Shown: positions 62,892 to 64,000 of the stretch, piece by piece | Position numbering within the stretch: position 1 is the first letter of the stretch | Layout: each line of letters opens with the position of its first letter | Assembly (NCBI GenBank): GCA_030390025.1 | Contig: CM059438.1 | Coordinates: 56,360,001 to 56,424,000, forward strand | DNA length: 64,000 nucleotides | Reading direction: 5' to 3' | From: Squalus acanthias | Lineage: Eukaryota | Notes under the pieces: model-generated | Database searches by the model: none | Told to the model about the DNA's origin: nothing | Seen by the model: only the letters and a program-made list of their open reading frames with translations | Translations under genes and position numbers: made by a program

Positions 62892-64000
62892 ACTTCGTAC
62901 CACTCTACGATGCCATCTATCTCCTGTACCGCTCTACGATACCGTCTATCTCGTATACCGCTCTACGATGCAGTCTATCTCCCGCATTGCTCTATGATGC
63001 AGTCTAACTCCCATACTGCTCTAAGATGCAGTCTAACTCCCGTACCGCTCTACGATGCAGTCTATCTCCCGTACCGCTCTACGATGCAGCTTATCTCCCG
63101 TACCGCTCTACGATGCAGTCTATCTCCCGTACCGCTCTACGGTGCAGTCTATCTCCCGTACCACTCTACGATGCATTCTATCTCCCGTACTGCTCTAGGA
63201 TGCAGGCTCTCTCCCGTACCGCTCTACGATGCAGTCTATCTCTCGTACCGCTCTACGATGCCGTCTATCTCCCGTACCGCTCTACGATGTAGTCTATCTC
63301 CCGGACCACTCTACGATGCAGTCTATCTCTCATACCGCTCTACGATGCAGTCTATCTCTCGTACTGCTCTACGATGCAGTCTATCTCTCGTACCGCTCTA
63401 CGATGCCATCTATCTCTCGTACCGCTCTACGATGCCGTCTATCTCTCGTACCGCTCTACGATGCCGTCTATCTCCCGTACCACTCTATGATGCAGTCTAT
63501 CTCTCGTACCGCTCTACGATGCTGTCTATCTCCCGTACCGCTCTACGATGCAGTCTATCTCCCATGCCGCTCTACGATGCAGTCTATCTCTCGTACCACT
63601 CTACGATGCAGTCTATCTCCCTTACCACTCTACGATGCAGTCTATCTCTCGTACCGCTCTACAATGCAGTCTATCTCCCATACCACTCTACGACGCAGTC
63701 TATCTCCCGTACTGCTCTACGATGCAGTCTATCTCCCGTACCGCTCTACGATGCAGTCTATCTCCCGTACCACTCTAGGCTGCAGTCTATCTCCCGTACC
63801 GCTCTACGATGCAGTCTATCTCCCGTACCACTCTAGGATGCAGTCTATCTCCCGTACCACTCTAGGATGCAGTCTATCTCCCGTACCGCTCTACGATGCA
63901 GTCTATCTCCCGTACCGCTCTACGATGCAGTCTAAGTCCCGTACCGCTCTACAATGCAGTCTATCTCCCGTACCACTCTAGGATGCAGTCTATCTCCCGT

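Larger units (their letters stand above)
57610..64000. repeat. 29-bp satellite with higher-order duplications; runs off the window end
   Basis: Tandem 29-nt periodicity with recurring variant blocks. Confidence 0.98.

Noticed and set aside
51057..63981. Long ORFs MQSISRTALRCSLSPVPLYDAVYLPYRST
   Set aside because: All three + frames give the same cyclic peptide, a property of a stop-free 29-bp repeat.
2571..64000. CRISPR array interpretation of the 25-bp and 29-bp repeats
   Set aside because: Units are directly abutting with no unique spacers, there are no cas genes, and the context is eukaryotic.

Overview
Eukaryotic, repeat-saturated 64-kb window, most likely from a cartilaginous fish (shark or ray); this is inferred from an HE1-type V-SINE, a Deu-domain SINE and abundant CR1 LINEs. 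Two large satellites dominate: a 16-bp unit (about 4.8-27.9 kb, split by two 500-N gaps, with the middle contig inverted) and a 29-bp unit (about 51.0-52.1 and 57.6-64 kb). There are also small minisatellites. Between and inside them lie nested transposons: many CR1 LINEs (one young copy with an intact ORF2 and an esterase ORF1), a compact CsRn1-like Ty3/Gypsy provirus (tRNA-Trp PBS, CHCC knuckle, 4-bp TSD), a two-gene Harbinger (DDE transposase plus spliced Myb/SANT gene), Harbinger fragments and a MITE, a 1.2-kb solo LTR, an L2 relic, SINEs, and Penelope-like 3' ends with hammerhead-ribozyme motifs. The most notable observations are: (1) a U_UUA_AAC slippery heptamer directly before the ORF1 stop in two different CR1s, leading into a -1 frame ORF2 that has no AUG before most of the endonuclease in the intact copy (candidate programmed -1 frameshift); (2) a 96+96-bp palindromic Penelope/hammerhead mini-insertion with a 14-bp TSD; (3) an empty-site paralog of the CR1 insertion across an assembly gap. 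No host gene is confidently identified, only a few weak minus-strand exon candidates. All calls were made by eye, without database searches.
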